Positions 10,741 through 20,935 are shown, numbered from the stretch's first letter. The stretch is 64,000 bases of DNA from an uncultured Candidatus Entotheonella sp. (GCA_965217185.1 OZ244252.1:3040001-3104000), one strand, 5' to 3'. The notes: generated from the letters alone by a model not told the origin. Program-made: numbers and translations.

Positions 10741-10931
10741 CTAGTAGCTGTTCAACGTAATGCACAGGCATGATAAGTTGCCTCCCAGTAAGCTGCTGGC
10801 CATAAGCTGGGAGGGATGATTGTGAAGAAGCTCTATGTGGTCCGTTTGAGTGAAGAAGAACGGACCGAATTGACGAAACGGGTCAAGTTGCATCATCTCT
10901 ATCCCGTGATCAAAGATTGACGCACTACTAG
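10741..10931 (+). mobile_element. IS630-derived MITE (191 bp incl. CTAG ends), copy 1
   Basis: CTAGTAG...CTACTAG ends; appears identical to 63810..64000; internal 34-aa ORF joining IS630-like transposase N- and C-termini. Confidence 0.85.
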
Positions 10932-11093
10932 CGGGCGGTTTCGTTCATTGGCTGGGATGCTATCTGGGTTGCGGATCCCCTGTGGGATCTGGCGTATGCT
11001 ATGTGGCAATTCATGCCCATCTGCGATGACGAGGACCCGTGGCTTAACCGTAAAGGCCCCAGCTGTTGGTCGGCGGGTCAGGGGCCCCTCCGG

Positions 11094-12044
11094 CTATCGG
11101 GCTTCCCACAAATGCATGTTGGCGGGATCCAAACGGCAGTGTTTAAGCAGCCGTCTGGTTTCCCGTCTGGCATTGGCGGCGCTCAGGTGGGCATTTACGA
11201 ACAGAGGCGTTCCCGTTACGGCTTTGGGGTCTTCAAACCGATTTCCGGTTGGATGGACCGGCTCGGTATGCACCCTGTACCTCTGGCTGCCCCGCCATAT
11301 TGGGACATCTTTAACGGTAAGCCGTCCCTGCGCGTAGAGCTTCTCGACAACGCTGATAAGTATCTCGCGCCAGTGGGTCAACGACCGTTCGCTCCCATCC
11401 CAGAACCGGATGGCCGTCGGAGAAGCTGTGCCACCTGGCGGATTGTATGCGGACAGCGCAACCCAGCTGGACGACGCCGGTGGCGGCGTGGAGGCCTGTT
11501 CAACCTGAGTCGGTGTCGGGGCCAGCCGATCATTCTCAACCACTGGTGTGTCAGCCGCCACCGGCTGGCCAGACGCCAGGTTAGGCCGCCAGAGCAGTAG
11601 GAGTTTCAAGGCGCTTTCGTGGGCCGGGGCGTCGGCGATGGAGACCTCCAGGATTCGCCGCTCTTCCAAGGTTCCCCGTTTGAAAACGTCGTACAATTCC
11701 CAATGGTTTCCCTCGGTGATTCCAGCATATTCAATGCCGGACGCATTTGCGTAGTTGAGCATCTGCATCCAGTGGGAACCCAGCGGCTCGCCTAGCTTCT
11801 TGGCCTCTAGAGTAGCGGCCGGCTTGCCGCCAAGCCGCAACAGTGCGTAATCTGCCGATTTATTCCCTACCTTGTACTCTGGCATCACCACCGTCGGATC
11901 GGAAACGTCCCAGCCTAGAGCGCGCAGCAATGGGTCGATCAGCGCCACGCGCGTGCGCAGTTCATTTTCTTCCAGAGCAGCGCGATGGGTCTGCATGCGT
12001 TCTTTCAGCACCTCAATGCAGCCCACCAGGTCATCAAGCCCCAT
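11094..12044 (-). CDS. HsdR N-terminal-like (PD-(D/E)XK) nuclease-domain protein
   Basis: ENELRTRVALIDPLLRALGWD..PEY..ADYAL..EAKK..QMLNYA..ITEGNHWELYD. Confidence 0.78.
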   Translation of the reverse strand: MGLDDLVGCIEVLKERMQTHRAALEENELRTRVALIDPLLRALGWDVSDPTVVMPEYKVGNKSADYALLRLGGKPAATLEAKKLGEPLGSHWMQMLNYANASGIEYAGITEGNHWELYDVFKRGTLEERRILEVSIADAPAHESALKLLLLWRPNLASGQPVAADTPVVENDRLAPTPTQVEQASTPPPASSSWVALSAYNPPGGTASPTAIRFWDGSERSLTHWREILISVVEKLYAQGRLTVKDVPIWRGSQRYRVHTEPVHPTGNRFEDPKAVTGTPLFVNAHLSAANARRETRRLLKHCRLDPANMHLWEAR

Positions 12045-12077
12045 TGCCTCCTCCTGTGGCGCTGTCAGCTGTGGCGC

Positions 12078-12491
12078 CTAAGCGTGACGTTGAACAACCG
12101 CAATTCCCAATGCCTCCGCCGCCTTGCGCAACCGGTGGTCGAGCGTCGCCAAGGGCAGGCCACGCCGAAAGGCGACTTCCAGATACGCTGCGTCGTAGAC
12201 GGTCAATTCAAACCGACGCGCGAGTTCAAGGAGCAGGGATTCGTCGTGCTGGTCGTCAACCGAGATACCCAAGGCAAGGCTGTCCGTCAGCGTGTCCGAC
12301 ACCTGTTGCGGGGAAATCCTGCCGCGGCGCTCGTTCATCAGCAAAGCGTTGCGTAACTCGTACCACCAGATGCGCGGCGTAACCCCGCCTTCCTCGGCCA
12401 CCTGCTTCATGGCGCCGGTTGCCGTGGGTTCTTCTTCGTCTCCCATGCACCAGGCAAGGAATACGGAATTGTCGATAACGATGGGCGTCAA
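12078..12491 (-). CDS. vapC: PIN-domain toxin
   Basis: VIDNSV..ELRNAL..LTVYDAAYLEVA..LATLD. Confidence 0.92.
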   Translation of the reverse strand: MTPIVIDNSVFLAWCMGDEEEPTATGAMKQVAEEGGVTPRIWWYELRNALLMNERRGRISPQQVSDTLTDSLALGISVDDQHDESLLLELARRFELTVYDAAYLEVAFRRGLPLATLDHRLRKAAEALGIAVVQRHA

Positions 12492-12730
12492 TAGCGGTGC
12501 CCCTCGTGAAGCGTGGCCATCAATTCCGCCAGCGGCGCTTGCTTGAGGCGCCGCCGTCGCTCCACAATGCGCGCGGCTGCCTGCTGTGCCCGTTCGCGAT
12601 CGGGAGTCACGGGAATCAGCTGGGCCACGGGTTTGCCGTGCCGCGTAATGGTCAGATGCTCGCCCCGTGCGACGCGTTCGAGTAGCTGGGGCAGATGCGT
12701 CTTGGCTTCATAGGCCCCGATCATTTCCAT
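12488..12730 (-). CDS. Phd/YefM-family antitoxin
   Basis: GAYEAKTHLPQLLERVARGEHLTITRHGKPVA; overlaps vapC start. Confidence 0.92.
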   Translation of the reverse strand: MEMIGAYEAKTHLPQLLERVARGEHLTITRHGKPVAQLIPVTPDRERAQQAAARIVERRRRLKQAPLAELMATLHEGHRY

Positions 12731-12865
12731 TCTGAATCTCCAGATTCCAAATTAGACCGGATATTACGACCAGTTTGTATGAACAGGGGGAGGCAGGTCA
12801 CGTCCTAGGTGAGCGATTCGAGCGGTCTGGGGACGTGTCATTAAACGACCTTGAACAAATCACCC

Positions 12866-14128
12866 TCAGGGATAAATGCCCCGGTCTTGAATCGCGTTGA
12901 CGACACGATCAACCGCCACGATATACGCCGCGGTACGCAAACTCGTGTGTTCCCGCTCAGCTATCGCCATGACCTGACCGCAACTCGCGTCCATTACGTC
13001 CTTGAGTTGTTGATTGACCTGTTCTTCCTTCCAGTGGAATTCCTGCAGGTTCTGGACCCACTCGAAGTAGGAGACCGTGACCCCGCCGGCATTCGCCAGA
13101 ATGTCGGGAATCACCGTCATGCCGCGATCTCGAAAAATTGCGTCCGCTTCCGGCGTGGTCGGGCCGTTTGCCGCCTCGGCGATCAACTTGCTCTGCACCT
13201 TCGGCGCGATCCGTTCGGTGAGCTGATTTTCCAGAGCGGCCGGCACCAGAATGTCGCAGGGCAGGGTGAGCAGTTCTTCGTTGGAGAGGCGGTCGCCGGA
13301 CGAGAAATTGCTGACGGAACCCGTCTCTCGCCTGCAAGCCTGCAGCGCTTCCGCTTCGAGCCCGCGTTCCAGGTAGATACCGCCTTTTGAATCGCTCACC
13401 GCAATAATCCGACATCCCAGTTGCGCGAGGAGTCTGGCCGCGACCGAACCGGCATTGCCAAAGCCTTGCACCGCTACGGTTGCCCCATCGAGGTCGATAC
13501 CCACGTGTTTCGCCACGTTGGTGATGGCATAGACGCAGCCGCGTCCCGTTGCCTCCGAACGCCCCAAGGAGCCGCCAACGCTGATAGGCTTCCCCGTCAC
13601 CACGCCAGGGACGGAGTACCCCTTGTGCATGCTGTACGTATCCATCATCCAGGCCATCACGCGAGCATCGGTATACATGTCGGGGGCCGGAATGTCGCTG
13701 GCTGGGCCGATCAGGAAAGCGATTTCAGTGGTAAAGCGCCGTGTGAGACGCTCGATTTCGCGGAGCGACATTTCCTTGGTGTTGCAGCAAACTCCGCCCT
13801 TCGCACCGCCAAAGGGCAGATTCACGACTGCGCACTTCCAGGTCATCCACATGGACAGGGCGCGCATCTCGTTGAGGGTGACGTAGGGCGAGTAACGAAT
13901 ACCGCCCTTGGCCGGGCCGCGGGCGACATTGTGTTGCACTCGGTGCCCGGTGAATACCTCCGTACGCCCGTCGTCCATGACCACCGGGAAGGTGACGGTC
14001 AGCTCCCGATTTGGAGTGCGCAGGATGCGGCGCATGCCATCATCCAGTCCCAGATGCTGGGCGACGGCGTCCAACTGCTGCTGGGCAATGGCGAAGGAGT
14101 CGTCAACGACTGCGGTTTCGCTGCTCAT
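12866..14128 (-). CDS. gdhA: Glu/Leu/Phe/Val family glutamate dehydrogenase
   Basis: GPAKGGIRY, GGAKGG, DIPAPD, VTGKP..GGSLGR.EATGRG, QGFGNAG, NAGGVTVSYFEW. Confidence 0.93.
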   Translation of the reverse strand: MSSETAVVDDSFAIAQQQLDAVAQHLGLDDGMRRILRTPNRELTVTFPVVMDDGRTEVFTGHRVQHNVARGPAKGGIRYSPYVTLNEMRALSMWMTWKCAVVNLPFGGAKGGVCCNTKEMSLREIERLTRRFTTEIAFLIGPASDIPAPDMYTDARVMAWMMDTYSMHKGYSVPGVVTGKPISVGGSLGRSEATGRGCVYAITNVAKHVGIDLDGATVAVQGFGNAGSVAARLLAQLGCRIIAVSDSKGGIYLERGLEAEALQACRRETGSVSNFSSGDRLSNEELLTLPCDILVPAALENQLTERIAPKVQSKLIAEAANGPTTPEADAIFRDRGMTVIPDILANAGGVTVSYFEWVQNLQEFHWKEEQVNQQLKDVMDASCGQVMAIAEREHTSLRTAAYIVAVDRVVNAIQDRGIYP

Positions 14129-14147
14129 AGAATGTCTCCATCAAGCT

Positions 14148-14236
14148 GTAGGCCGGATTAGCGAAGCGTAATCCGACATTCCACCACGCTCCCAGGCTTC
14201 TACTGTCGGGTTGCGCCTGCGGCCAACCCGACCTAC
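14148..14236. repeat. Inverted pair of GTAG-type REP palindromes (related copies near 19410, 35295-35326, 44521)
   Basis: GTAGGCCGGATTAGCGAAGCGTAATCCGAC ... GTCGGGTTGCGCCTGCGGCCAACCCGACCTAC. Confidence 0.75.
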
Positions 14237-14264
14237 TTGGGTCCGCCAGACCACACATCATTTA

Positions 14265-15437
14265 CTACCACTCGTACTCCGGCCCCGGCAGGTACTTGAA
14301 CTTTTCCAGCGCATCCGGGCGTAGGGTGAAACCCAGCCCAGGTTTTTCGGGAGCATGCACGGTGCCGTCGGGGCGAATGTCGAACGGCTCTTCGAACAGT
14401 TCCCAGATCATCGGCATGTAGCCCTGGCTCACTTCCAGAATGTGGCAGTTCGCCGCCGCCATGGCCACGTGGATGGACGCCGCGAACAGCACGCCGCTGC
14501 CCCAGGCGTGCGGCGCCAAGCGGACTTGGCGGGTCGAGGTGAGGGCGGCAATGCGGCGGATTTCCGTGAAGCCGCCGGCACGCGCCACGTCCGGCTGCGC
14601 GATGTCGAGGGCGTCGTGCTCCATGAGATCGAGGAAGTCGTGGCGGGTGAACTCACGTTCCCCGGAGGCGATGGGAATCTTCGTCGCCTGCCGCACCAGG
14701 GCCTGCCCGTGATGGTCGTCCGGCGACACCGGCTCCTCGAACCAGGCGATGTCGTACTCTTCCAATTCCTTTGAAAGCCGGATGGCAGTGGACGCGTCCA
14801 GCGAGCCGTGCGCGTCCACCATCAACTCCACGTCCGGGCCGATACCGCGCCGGGCGGCCTGCACGCGGCGCACGGTGTTCTCGATGGAAAAGCCGTCGCG
14901 GCCCACCACGCGCATCTTCACGGCGCTGAAGCCCTTGGCCGCGTAGCCCGCCATTTCCGCCTCGGCCTCGTCGCCCGGCGCCCAGCCACCTGAACCATAC
15001 GCCCGCACCTCGTTGCGCATGGCGCCGAGAGCCTGGTACACCGGCACCCCCAGCGCCTGCGCCTTGACGTCCCACACCGCGATGTCGATGCCGGCGATGG
15101 CCTCCATCACCATGCCGCGGCGGCGCGACGGCTCCGGCTGCTGCCAGCCGCGCTCCATGGCCGGACGGAAGCGCGAGCCGTTGTACAGCTTCTCGTAGAT
15201 GCGCTCGGAAAACATCGGGTCCTCGCCCACGAGGTCCGGCCCCAGTTCGTGCTCGACAATGGCCTGCACCACCCCGGGATTGCCCAGCGCCGCGCCCATG
15301 CCGGTGAGGCCGGTGTCGGTATCGACGAAGATAATCGCCGAATCCGTTTTGACCTTGGTGCCCAGGTCAGTGCGGTGGCGGCGTTCCACGGGCACCGGGT
15401 CGCTCATAGGGACAGCGCGTACCTGCGTGATTTTCAT
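14265..15437 (-). CDS. Mandelate racemase/muconate lactonizing enzyme family protein
   Basis: IDIAVWDVKAQ, KMR, LMVDAHG, WFEEP, ASGE, QPD, APH. Confidence 0.92.
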   Translation of the reverse strand: MKITQVRAVPMSDPVPVERRHRTDLGTKVKTDSAIIFVDTDTGLTGMGAALGNPGVVQAIVEHELGPDLVGEDPMFSERIYEKLYNGSRFRPAMERGWQQPEPSRRRGMVMEAIAGIDIAVWDVKAQALGVPVYQALGAMRNEVRAYGSGGWAPGDEAEAEMAGYAAKGFSAVKMRVVGRDGFSIENTVRRVQAARRGIGPDVELMVDAHGSLDASTAIRLSKELEEYDIAWFEEPVSPDDHHGQALVRQATKIPIASGEREFTRHDFLDLMEHDALDIAQPDVARAGGFTEIRRIAALTSTRQVRLAPHAWGSGVLFAASIHVAMAAANCHILEVSQGYMPMIWELFEEPFDIRPDGTVHAPEKPGLGFTLRPDALEKFKYLPGPEYEW

Positions 15438-15479
15438 GGTTTGGCTCCCTCGCGGAACAACGGCGGGTGGGGGATGGGA

Positions 15480-16097
15480 TTATTGCAGCGGCGAGCAACT
15501 GAACGGCGTCAGCAGCTTGCTCTCCTGCCGCAGCGGTGCAATGCCGCCCGGCGGCGGCCACACGCCCTTTTCGCGCGTTTCGGCGCGAACCCTGAGCCGC
15601 TCCTCGAAACTGGCGTATGCCCACAGGTGAATCCACACGTTCAGGTCGCCCACGTCCGAATACCAGGCGCCGGCCAGCGGCGAGTATTTTTCCCGCTCGG
15701 GGACGTGCTCACTCCACTTTTCGATCACGCGCGGGATGGCGCCGGGCGCATAGGTGTAGATACGCATTTCGTACAACGGCCCCAGCTTGGCGGCGCCGCG
15801 GTTTTGCATGAAGGGTGCCGGCAGGTAGACGGCGGAGTGCATGTTGACGATGAATTCGCCGTTGTTCGGCGGCCAGACGCCGTCGGCCACGACCTTGGCG
15901 CGGATATCCTGCCGCTGGTTCGGGTCCTCGTATGGCCAGATGTGCACCACCTGGTTCAGCGGCCCGGCCTCTGTGTACCAGAAGCCGAACAGTGGTGAAT
16001 AGGTCTCGCGGCCTTCTTTGAGCTTTTCGACGGTGCGGCGCTCGAATTCGGGCACGGAGCGGGGTTTGAGGTCATAGGTCCGTATCTCGTAGATCAT
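15480..16097 (-). CDS. Tandem NIPSNAP family protein
   Basis: Two YE(I/M)RxY repeats; GPLNQVVHIWPY and GDLNVWIHLWAY. Confidence 0.9.
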   Translation of the reverse strand: MIYEIRTYDLKPRSVPEFERRTVEKLKEGRETYSPLFGFWYTEAGPLNQVVHIWPYEDPNQRQDIRAKVVADGVWPPNNGEFIVNMHSAVYLPAPFMQNRGAAKLGPLYEMRIYTYAPGAIPRVIEKWSEHVPEREKYSPLAGAWYSDVGDLNVWIHLWAYASFEERLRVRAETREKGVWPPPGGIAPLRQESKLLTPFSCSPLQ

Positions 16098-16551
16098 TTC
16101 GTGTTCCTCATGCGATGGGTTTGGCGCTGGTAAGAGATGGGGATTGTGCCACGGCACCGCTTTGGGGCGCAACACCGGGGAGCTTAGGCTGTGGTCATCG
16201 ACGCGTGGCACCCCGCGCACCTTGTTGGGCAGCAAGGGTTGCAGACAAGGAAACCTAACGTCGGATCGTCAGAAGTCGTGATCGGACGTGTTAACCCCCT
16301 TGGTTGGGGTCTTGAACCACATCACAGATCAAACGGCAACCTGTTTGCAGAGTCTAAGTCTGGGAAGGGGTGGTGCTTCTGCCACACTCCACCCGAGCCT
16401 ACGCGGACCCCGTGTGTCGGCACAAAGCGTGTGAGCAGGTCCTATTTCTCACCGCTCCAAGGCCCTTGCGAAGTGCAGGTTTCGCGTTCAAACTGTGAGC
16501 AAGAACCTTACGGCTTCATTAACACCAAAGCGCGTTCTGGGAGATACTGAA

Positions 16552-17277
16552 ATGCCAAGCGCCTCAGATCAGATCGGACTAAGAGAACGCTTACGTGTAC
16601 TGGGAGAACGCTTACGTGCCATAAATCTTAATCATCGTGAAGTTCAGCCCTCCAACCTCGGGGAGTCCATCGCGCTTTTGCGCGATACAGCCATATTCTT
16701 TGCCGTCGTTTCTTATTTTGTGGGCTGGGTCTATCTTAACGAGTATCTAAGAAATTTCGGCATATACCTCGCAAACCTCAACGTTCCCCTTCATTACGTC
16801 TTCGTATTCTCTTACGAGCCACTGCTTGATGCAATCTTCCCGCCGAAACTGGGGGGTATCCTTAAACTCTTAGGCCTAATGATATTCATCCTCATTTGTG
16901 TTGTGGCCTACAAGTCGCGTCTGGTAGCCGGCTACGCTGTAGCGTTGGTATGCTTCCTTGCCATTCTAGCCATTTCCTTTCACATCGCTCGTGAAACGGG
17001 AAGGCGTGACGCAAGCATTGTCCTAGGTGGTGGTGGCAAGCCTATCCGCTTTGTTTTCGACCCGCAGGTAATGGATAACCTCGACCATATAATCACCAGC
17101 GACTTAGAGTTAGCGAACTCAGAAGAATCACACCCCTGCCTCCGGCTGGTCTGGCGAACCGATAAGGAAGTCTACGCCGTCGCCGCGGGGGGATGCGATG
17201 GCAGAAAGCGCACCTTTCGTATTCCAGTTTCGGCCTTCGTTTTCTCGGAGACTTACCCACCCCTCCGGGAGGACTGA
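16552..17277 (+). CDS. Hypothetical membrane protein (lower-GC segment)
   Basis: GGAGA RBS, several hydrophobic helices, stop 1 nt before next ATG. Confidence 0.65.
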   Translation: MPSASDQIGLRERLRVLGERLRAINLNHREVQPSNLGESIALLRDTAIFFAVVSYFVGWVYLNEYLRNFGIYLANLNVPLHYVFVFSYEPLLDAIFPPKLGGILKLLGLMIFILICVVAYKSRLVAGYAVALVCFLAILAISFHIARETGRRDASIVLGGGGKPIRFVFDPQVMDNLDHIITSDLELANSEESHPCLRLVWRTDKEVYAVAAGGCDGRKRTFRIPVSAFVFSETYPPLRED

Positions 17278-17278
17278 T

Positions 17279-19198
17279 ATGTCTCAATGCGTGACTGTTT
17301 TGATCGCTGCCGCGATGGTTTTGTGGGCCACTGGTGCCGAAGCAAAGGAAGGAGATGCAGCGCATCAGGATACTTCCGTGCTTTCTGACTGCGAGAATAA
17401 GTTAAACCGATGGGAATACGTTAACGCCGAGTTGGAAGACAAATCACATGCAATTGTCCGACTCTCGACTGACAAAACATTCATAAATTGCAGTGATGTT
17501 GATGTGACTAATCGCATCGTCAAGTGCAAGAGGACCAGCCTAAGCAAGTGCCCAGACCCACCCGTTGTGGTTGACGACACATCACCTGTTGTCGAGATAG
17601 TGCCCGTAACGGATGACATGTTGGCCGCCGAGGCGGGCGTCTCCTGGCTCCACGTCAACGGCAACTGGGCAGGACATCGCTACAGCACGCTGAATCAGGT
17701 GAATGCCTCCAACGCCGGCGACCTCAGGGTGGCGTGGATTTACTCCACCGGCGGCAAGACGGACGCGCAGTGCACCCCCATCTACTACGATGGGTTGATG
17801 TACATCGCCCAGGACAACACGGTTCACGCGGTCGACGCGGCCACGGGCCGGCAAGTGTGGAAATACGAACACGAGTTGCCGGAGGATTTCGGCGGCTACA
17901 ACGTTCCCTTCTTCACCGGCAAGCACCGCGGCGTGGCCATCGCCGGGGAGCACATTTTCTTCCTGTCCAACGACATGAAGCTCCACGCTATGCACTACAA
18001 GACCGGCGAACAGAAATTCGTGCAGCAGTATCTCGACTACCCCAAGGCGTTTGAAAAATCCGAGGACGCCAACGGCTATTTCGCCACCGTCGGGCCCCTG
18101 GCAATTCCCGGACAGATCATCGTGCCGATGAACGCCACGGATACCGGCGGCCTGCCCGGCTTTGTCTACGGCGTCAGCCAGGAGGATGGGTCGATCCTCT
18201 ATGAAGCCAACATGATTCCCGGCCCCGGCGAGCCTGGTTACGAAAGTTGGCCGGGCGACAGCCGCGACTACGGCGGTGCCGGCCCCTGGATCATCGGTTC
18301 CTGGGACGCTGACTTGAAGATGTATTACACCGGTACGGCCAACGCCTACCCGTGGAACCCGAAAACCCGCGGCGACGGCAAAATGGACAACGTGGGCGCC
18401 GCCAGCATCGTGGCGGTCGACACCGATACCGGGCGGGTGCCTTGGCGCTACGTAGCGGTTCCCGGCGACCCGTGGGACTTCGACGTGCCGCAGACGCCTC
18501 TCATCATCACCCTCAACGGTCGCAAGACGATCGTGCATCCCAACAAGACCGGTTACATCCACTACATCGACGCCGAAACCGGCCAGTTTCAGCAGGCGGT
18601 GGCGTTCTCCGACAAAATCACCTGGGCCAAGGGCTATGACGTGGAAGGCCGGCCCATCGATCAGGTCGCCATCCCTGAGGAAGGCACCACGATCGAGATG
18701 TGGCCCAGCCTGGCGGGCGGGGTGAACCTATATCCCGCAGCCTACAATCCGCTCACCGGCTACGTCTACCTGCCCGCCATTGAGATGGGCATGGAGTACA
18801 CGTTCGAGGAGATCAAGGTCATCAGCAACGTGCAACACTTCGGCGCCTCGTTCGAGTTCCTGTTCAGCTATGAACTCAACCTGGCCATGGACGTGCGGAG
18901 CGGGGCCGAGGTCTGGCGGGATCAGAAGGGCAAGAGCGGTTACGCCGGCGGCATGTTGACGACCGCCGGGGATCTGGTGTTCTACGGTAGCGAGACCGGC
19001 CAGTTCCAGGCCGTGAACGCCAGCACGGGGGATATTTTATACACCTTCCAGCTCGGTGCCAGACCGAAGTCCGGCCCGATCACCTACGTCCTGAACGGCA
19101 AGCAATACGTCGCGCAATTGACCGGCGGCGGCTCCACCGCAGGTTATGAGGCGAGCCACCTGGAACACGGCGGCCATATCGTGGCCTTCTCTCGTTAA
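17279..19198 (+). CDS. Divergent PQQ-dependent dehydrogenase (methanol/ethanol family) with extra Cys-rich N-terminal segment
   Basis: HRYSTLNQVN..LRVAW, AVDAATG..W docking motifs, YTGTAN, WDFD, NKTGYI, GGMLTTAGDLVFYG, PITYVLNGKQYVA. Confidence 0.88.
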   Translation: MSQCVTVLIAAAMVLWATGAEAKEGDAAHQDTSVLSDCENKLNRWEYVNAELEDKSHAIVRLSTDKTFINCSDVDVTNRIVKCKRTSLSKCPDPPVVVDDTSPVVEIVPVTDDMLAAEAGVSWLHVNGNWAGHRYSTLNQVNASNAGDLRVAWIYSTGGKTDAQCTPIYYDGLMYIAQDNTVHAVDAATGRQVWKYEHELPEDFGGYNVPFFTGKHRGVAIAGEHIFFLSNDMKLHAMHYKTGEQKFVQQYLDYPKAFEKSEDANGYFATVGPLAIPGQIIVPMNATDTGGLPGFVYGVSQEDGSILYEANMIPGPGEPGYESWPGDSRDYGGAGPWIIGSWDADLKMYYTGTANAYPWNPKTRGDGKMDNVGAASIVAVDTDTGRVPWRYVAVPGDPWDFDVPQTPLIITLNGRKTIVHPNKTGYIHYIDAETGQFQQAVAFSDKITWAKGYDVEGRPIDQVAIPEEGTTIEMWPSLAGGVNLYPAAYNPLTGYVYLPAIEMGMEYTFEEIKVISNVQHFGASFEFLFSYELNLAMDVRSGAEVWRDQKGKSGYAGGMLTTAGDLVFYGSETGQFQAVNASTGDILYTFQLGARPKSGPITYVLNGKQYVAQLTGGGSTAGYEASHLEHGGHIVAFSR

Positions 19199-19458
19199 AC
19201 GTCGTTTGGCCTCAAAGAAGGGAAGGAGCCCGCGGACAATTCGGGCGCCTTTCTTGTCTTGTGTCAGGGGCATACGGAAAGTCGGGCCTTGCCAAGTGGA
19301 TCTTGCCGGGGAAAGCAGCGAGGGGAGGAATTTCCATCCGTTGGTGTCGGATGTCGACGTTGAAGAAGACTTAGCTTCCCACCGACCCCAAGGCATCGCT
19401 GGCGGAATATCGGATTACGCCTCACCAATCCGACCTGTAACCCATATACGAAAATGTT

Positions 19459-19971
19459 CTAATCGGCGAGGGCGCGGCGCAGCAGTGGACCGGCGCCGTG
19501 CATGAAGTCGGCCACCACGGCGTCGAGGTCGTCCAGTTGGGATTCGAGAACGTACAGGCCGCGGCTGGGCACCGAGGCGCCGAGCTCGACGAGCAATGGG
19601 CGGAAATGCGTCTCCACCGCCAGGGCGTGCTGCGGGGCGGCGCCGAGCATGACGGGAAGCGCCACCGTACCGGCCAGGCCGTTGCTGCCGTAGCGGTCGA
19701 AGAAGGCTTTGAGCAGGCCGGTGTAGGAGGCTTTGTAGACCGGGCAGGCGGGAACGATCAGAGCGCTGGCCGCCACCTGTTGGGTCAGCGCGGCGAGTTC
19801 GTCGTCCTCCCAGGCGAACAGGCGGCCGGCTACGTGCGCCAGTTCAATCGTTTCGAGGCTGGCGAGGCCGCCGGCGCCAACGGCTTCGACCGTCGCGCGG
19901 GCCACTGCCTCGGCTACCCGTGTGGTGCGGCCGCCGGGGTTGGGATTGCCAATGACAACGCTCACCTGCAT
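19459..19971 (-). CDS. NAD(P)H-dependent FMN reductase (SsuE-like)
   Basis: GNPNPGGRT, CPVYKASYTGLLKAFFD, HALAVE..RPLLVELGA. Confidence 0.9.
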   Translation of the reverse strand: MQVSVVIGNPNPGGRTTRVAEAVARATVEAVGAGGLASLETIELAHVAGRLFAWEDDELAALTQQVAASALIVPACPVYKASYTGLLKAFFDRYGSNGLAGTVALPVMLGAAPQHALAVETHFRPLLVELGASVPSRGLYVLESQLDDLDAVVADFMHGAGPLLRRALAD

Positions 19972-19982
19972 GCCGGTCTCCA

Positions 19983-20888
19983 TTAGCGAACGTGCCACGC
20001 TTCGGTCAGCGGCTTGGCGCCGACAAGCTCGCCGTAGCCGATGCCCGTGGTGCCGGTCGGCGACGGACCGAAGTAGCGCTCGTCCACCGTGTCGGCGAGG
20101 CGCTGGTAGCGCACGTCGACGGATAACCGCACGCGGTTTTCTTCAGAGACGTTTTGCAGCGAGCCGTGCAGCGTGAACATCGGGAAGATCACCACGTCGC
20201 CGGCGGCGAAGTCGCGGGTCAGCAAGCGGGTGCCGCGATCCGCGGCGAACTGCAGCGGCGTGGCATTGAAGGCGGCGGTGCGGTGGGTGTCGCGGGCGAC
20301 GTCGAAGCCCTTTTGCGAAGCGACAATGTCGTCGAAGCGGTGCGAGCCCTCGACCACGAACAGCGGGCCCTCGCTGACCGGCACGTCGCCGAGCGCGATC
20401 CAGGCGGTCAGAACCGATTCGGTGGTGCGGGTGAAGAAGCCGTAATCGCAGTGCAGGTTGGTGAATTTGCCGCGATTGGCGGGACGTAGGAACAGGTAGT
20501 CCTGTGCCCGCGCCGGCTCGCCAAACACCGCGCTCATGAGGCCGTAGAGCCGCGGGCCGTGGGTGATGCGGCGCAGCGACCAGGTTTCGCAGACGGATTT
20601 CCAGAAGGCGCCGAGGTCGTCCACCCGCTCCTTGCGGTGGCTTGAACCGGAATAGATGCCGTCGACGACGGGCGGCACAATCTCGCCCACCTCGGCGAGG
20701 CGGCCGAAGATGTCGGCGCGCGCGGCCATGACGTCGGCACGCGGGAAAAACTCGCGCATGTAGAGGTAGCCGCCGTCGGCAAGCTGCGCCTGCAGGGCGG
20801 CGGCATCGCCCCGCAGCGCTGAATGGTCCTCGAACGACCCGAGGCGCTCGGCCGGGATCGTTTCGCCCTGTGCGACAATGGTTTGCAT
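19983..20888 (-). CDS. Phytanoyl-CoA dioxygenase (PhyH) family Fe/2OG oxygenase
   Basis: HCD, WIALGD, VVEGSH, GDVVIF..LHGS..N...RLSVDVRY. Confidence 0.9.
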   Translation of the reverse strand: MQTIVAQGETIPAERLGSFEDHSALRGDAAALQAQLADGGYLYMREFFPRADVMAARADIFGRLAEVGEIVPPVVDGIYSGSSHRKERVDDLGAFWKSVCETWSLRRITHGPRLYGLMSAVFGEPARAQDYLFLRPANRGKFTNLHCDYGFFTRTTESVLTAWIALGDVPVSEGPLFVVEGSHRFDDIVASQKGFDVARDTHRTAAFNATPLQFAADRGTRLLTRDFAAGDVVIFPMFTLHGSLQNVSEENRVRLSVDVRYQRLADTVDERYFGPSPTGTTGIGYGELVGAKPLTEAWHVR

Positions 20889-20935
20889 GGCGTGTCTCCA
20901 GTTCAGGATGTGGTGGCGACGGGGCGGGCGCGGCG

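Noticed and set aside
16584..16618. 15-bp direct repeat GAGAACGCTTACGTG twice
   Set aside because: Only two copies, in frame within a CDS; a minor local duplication
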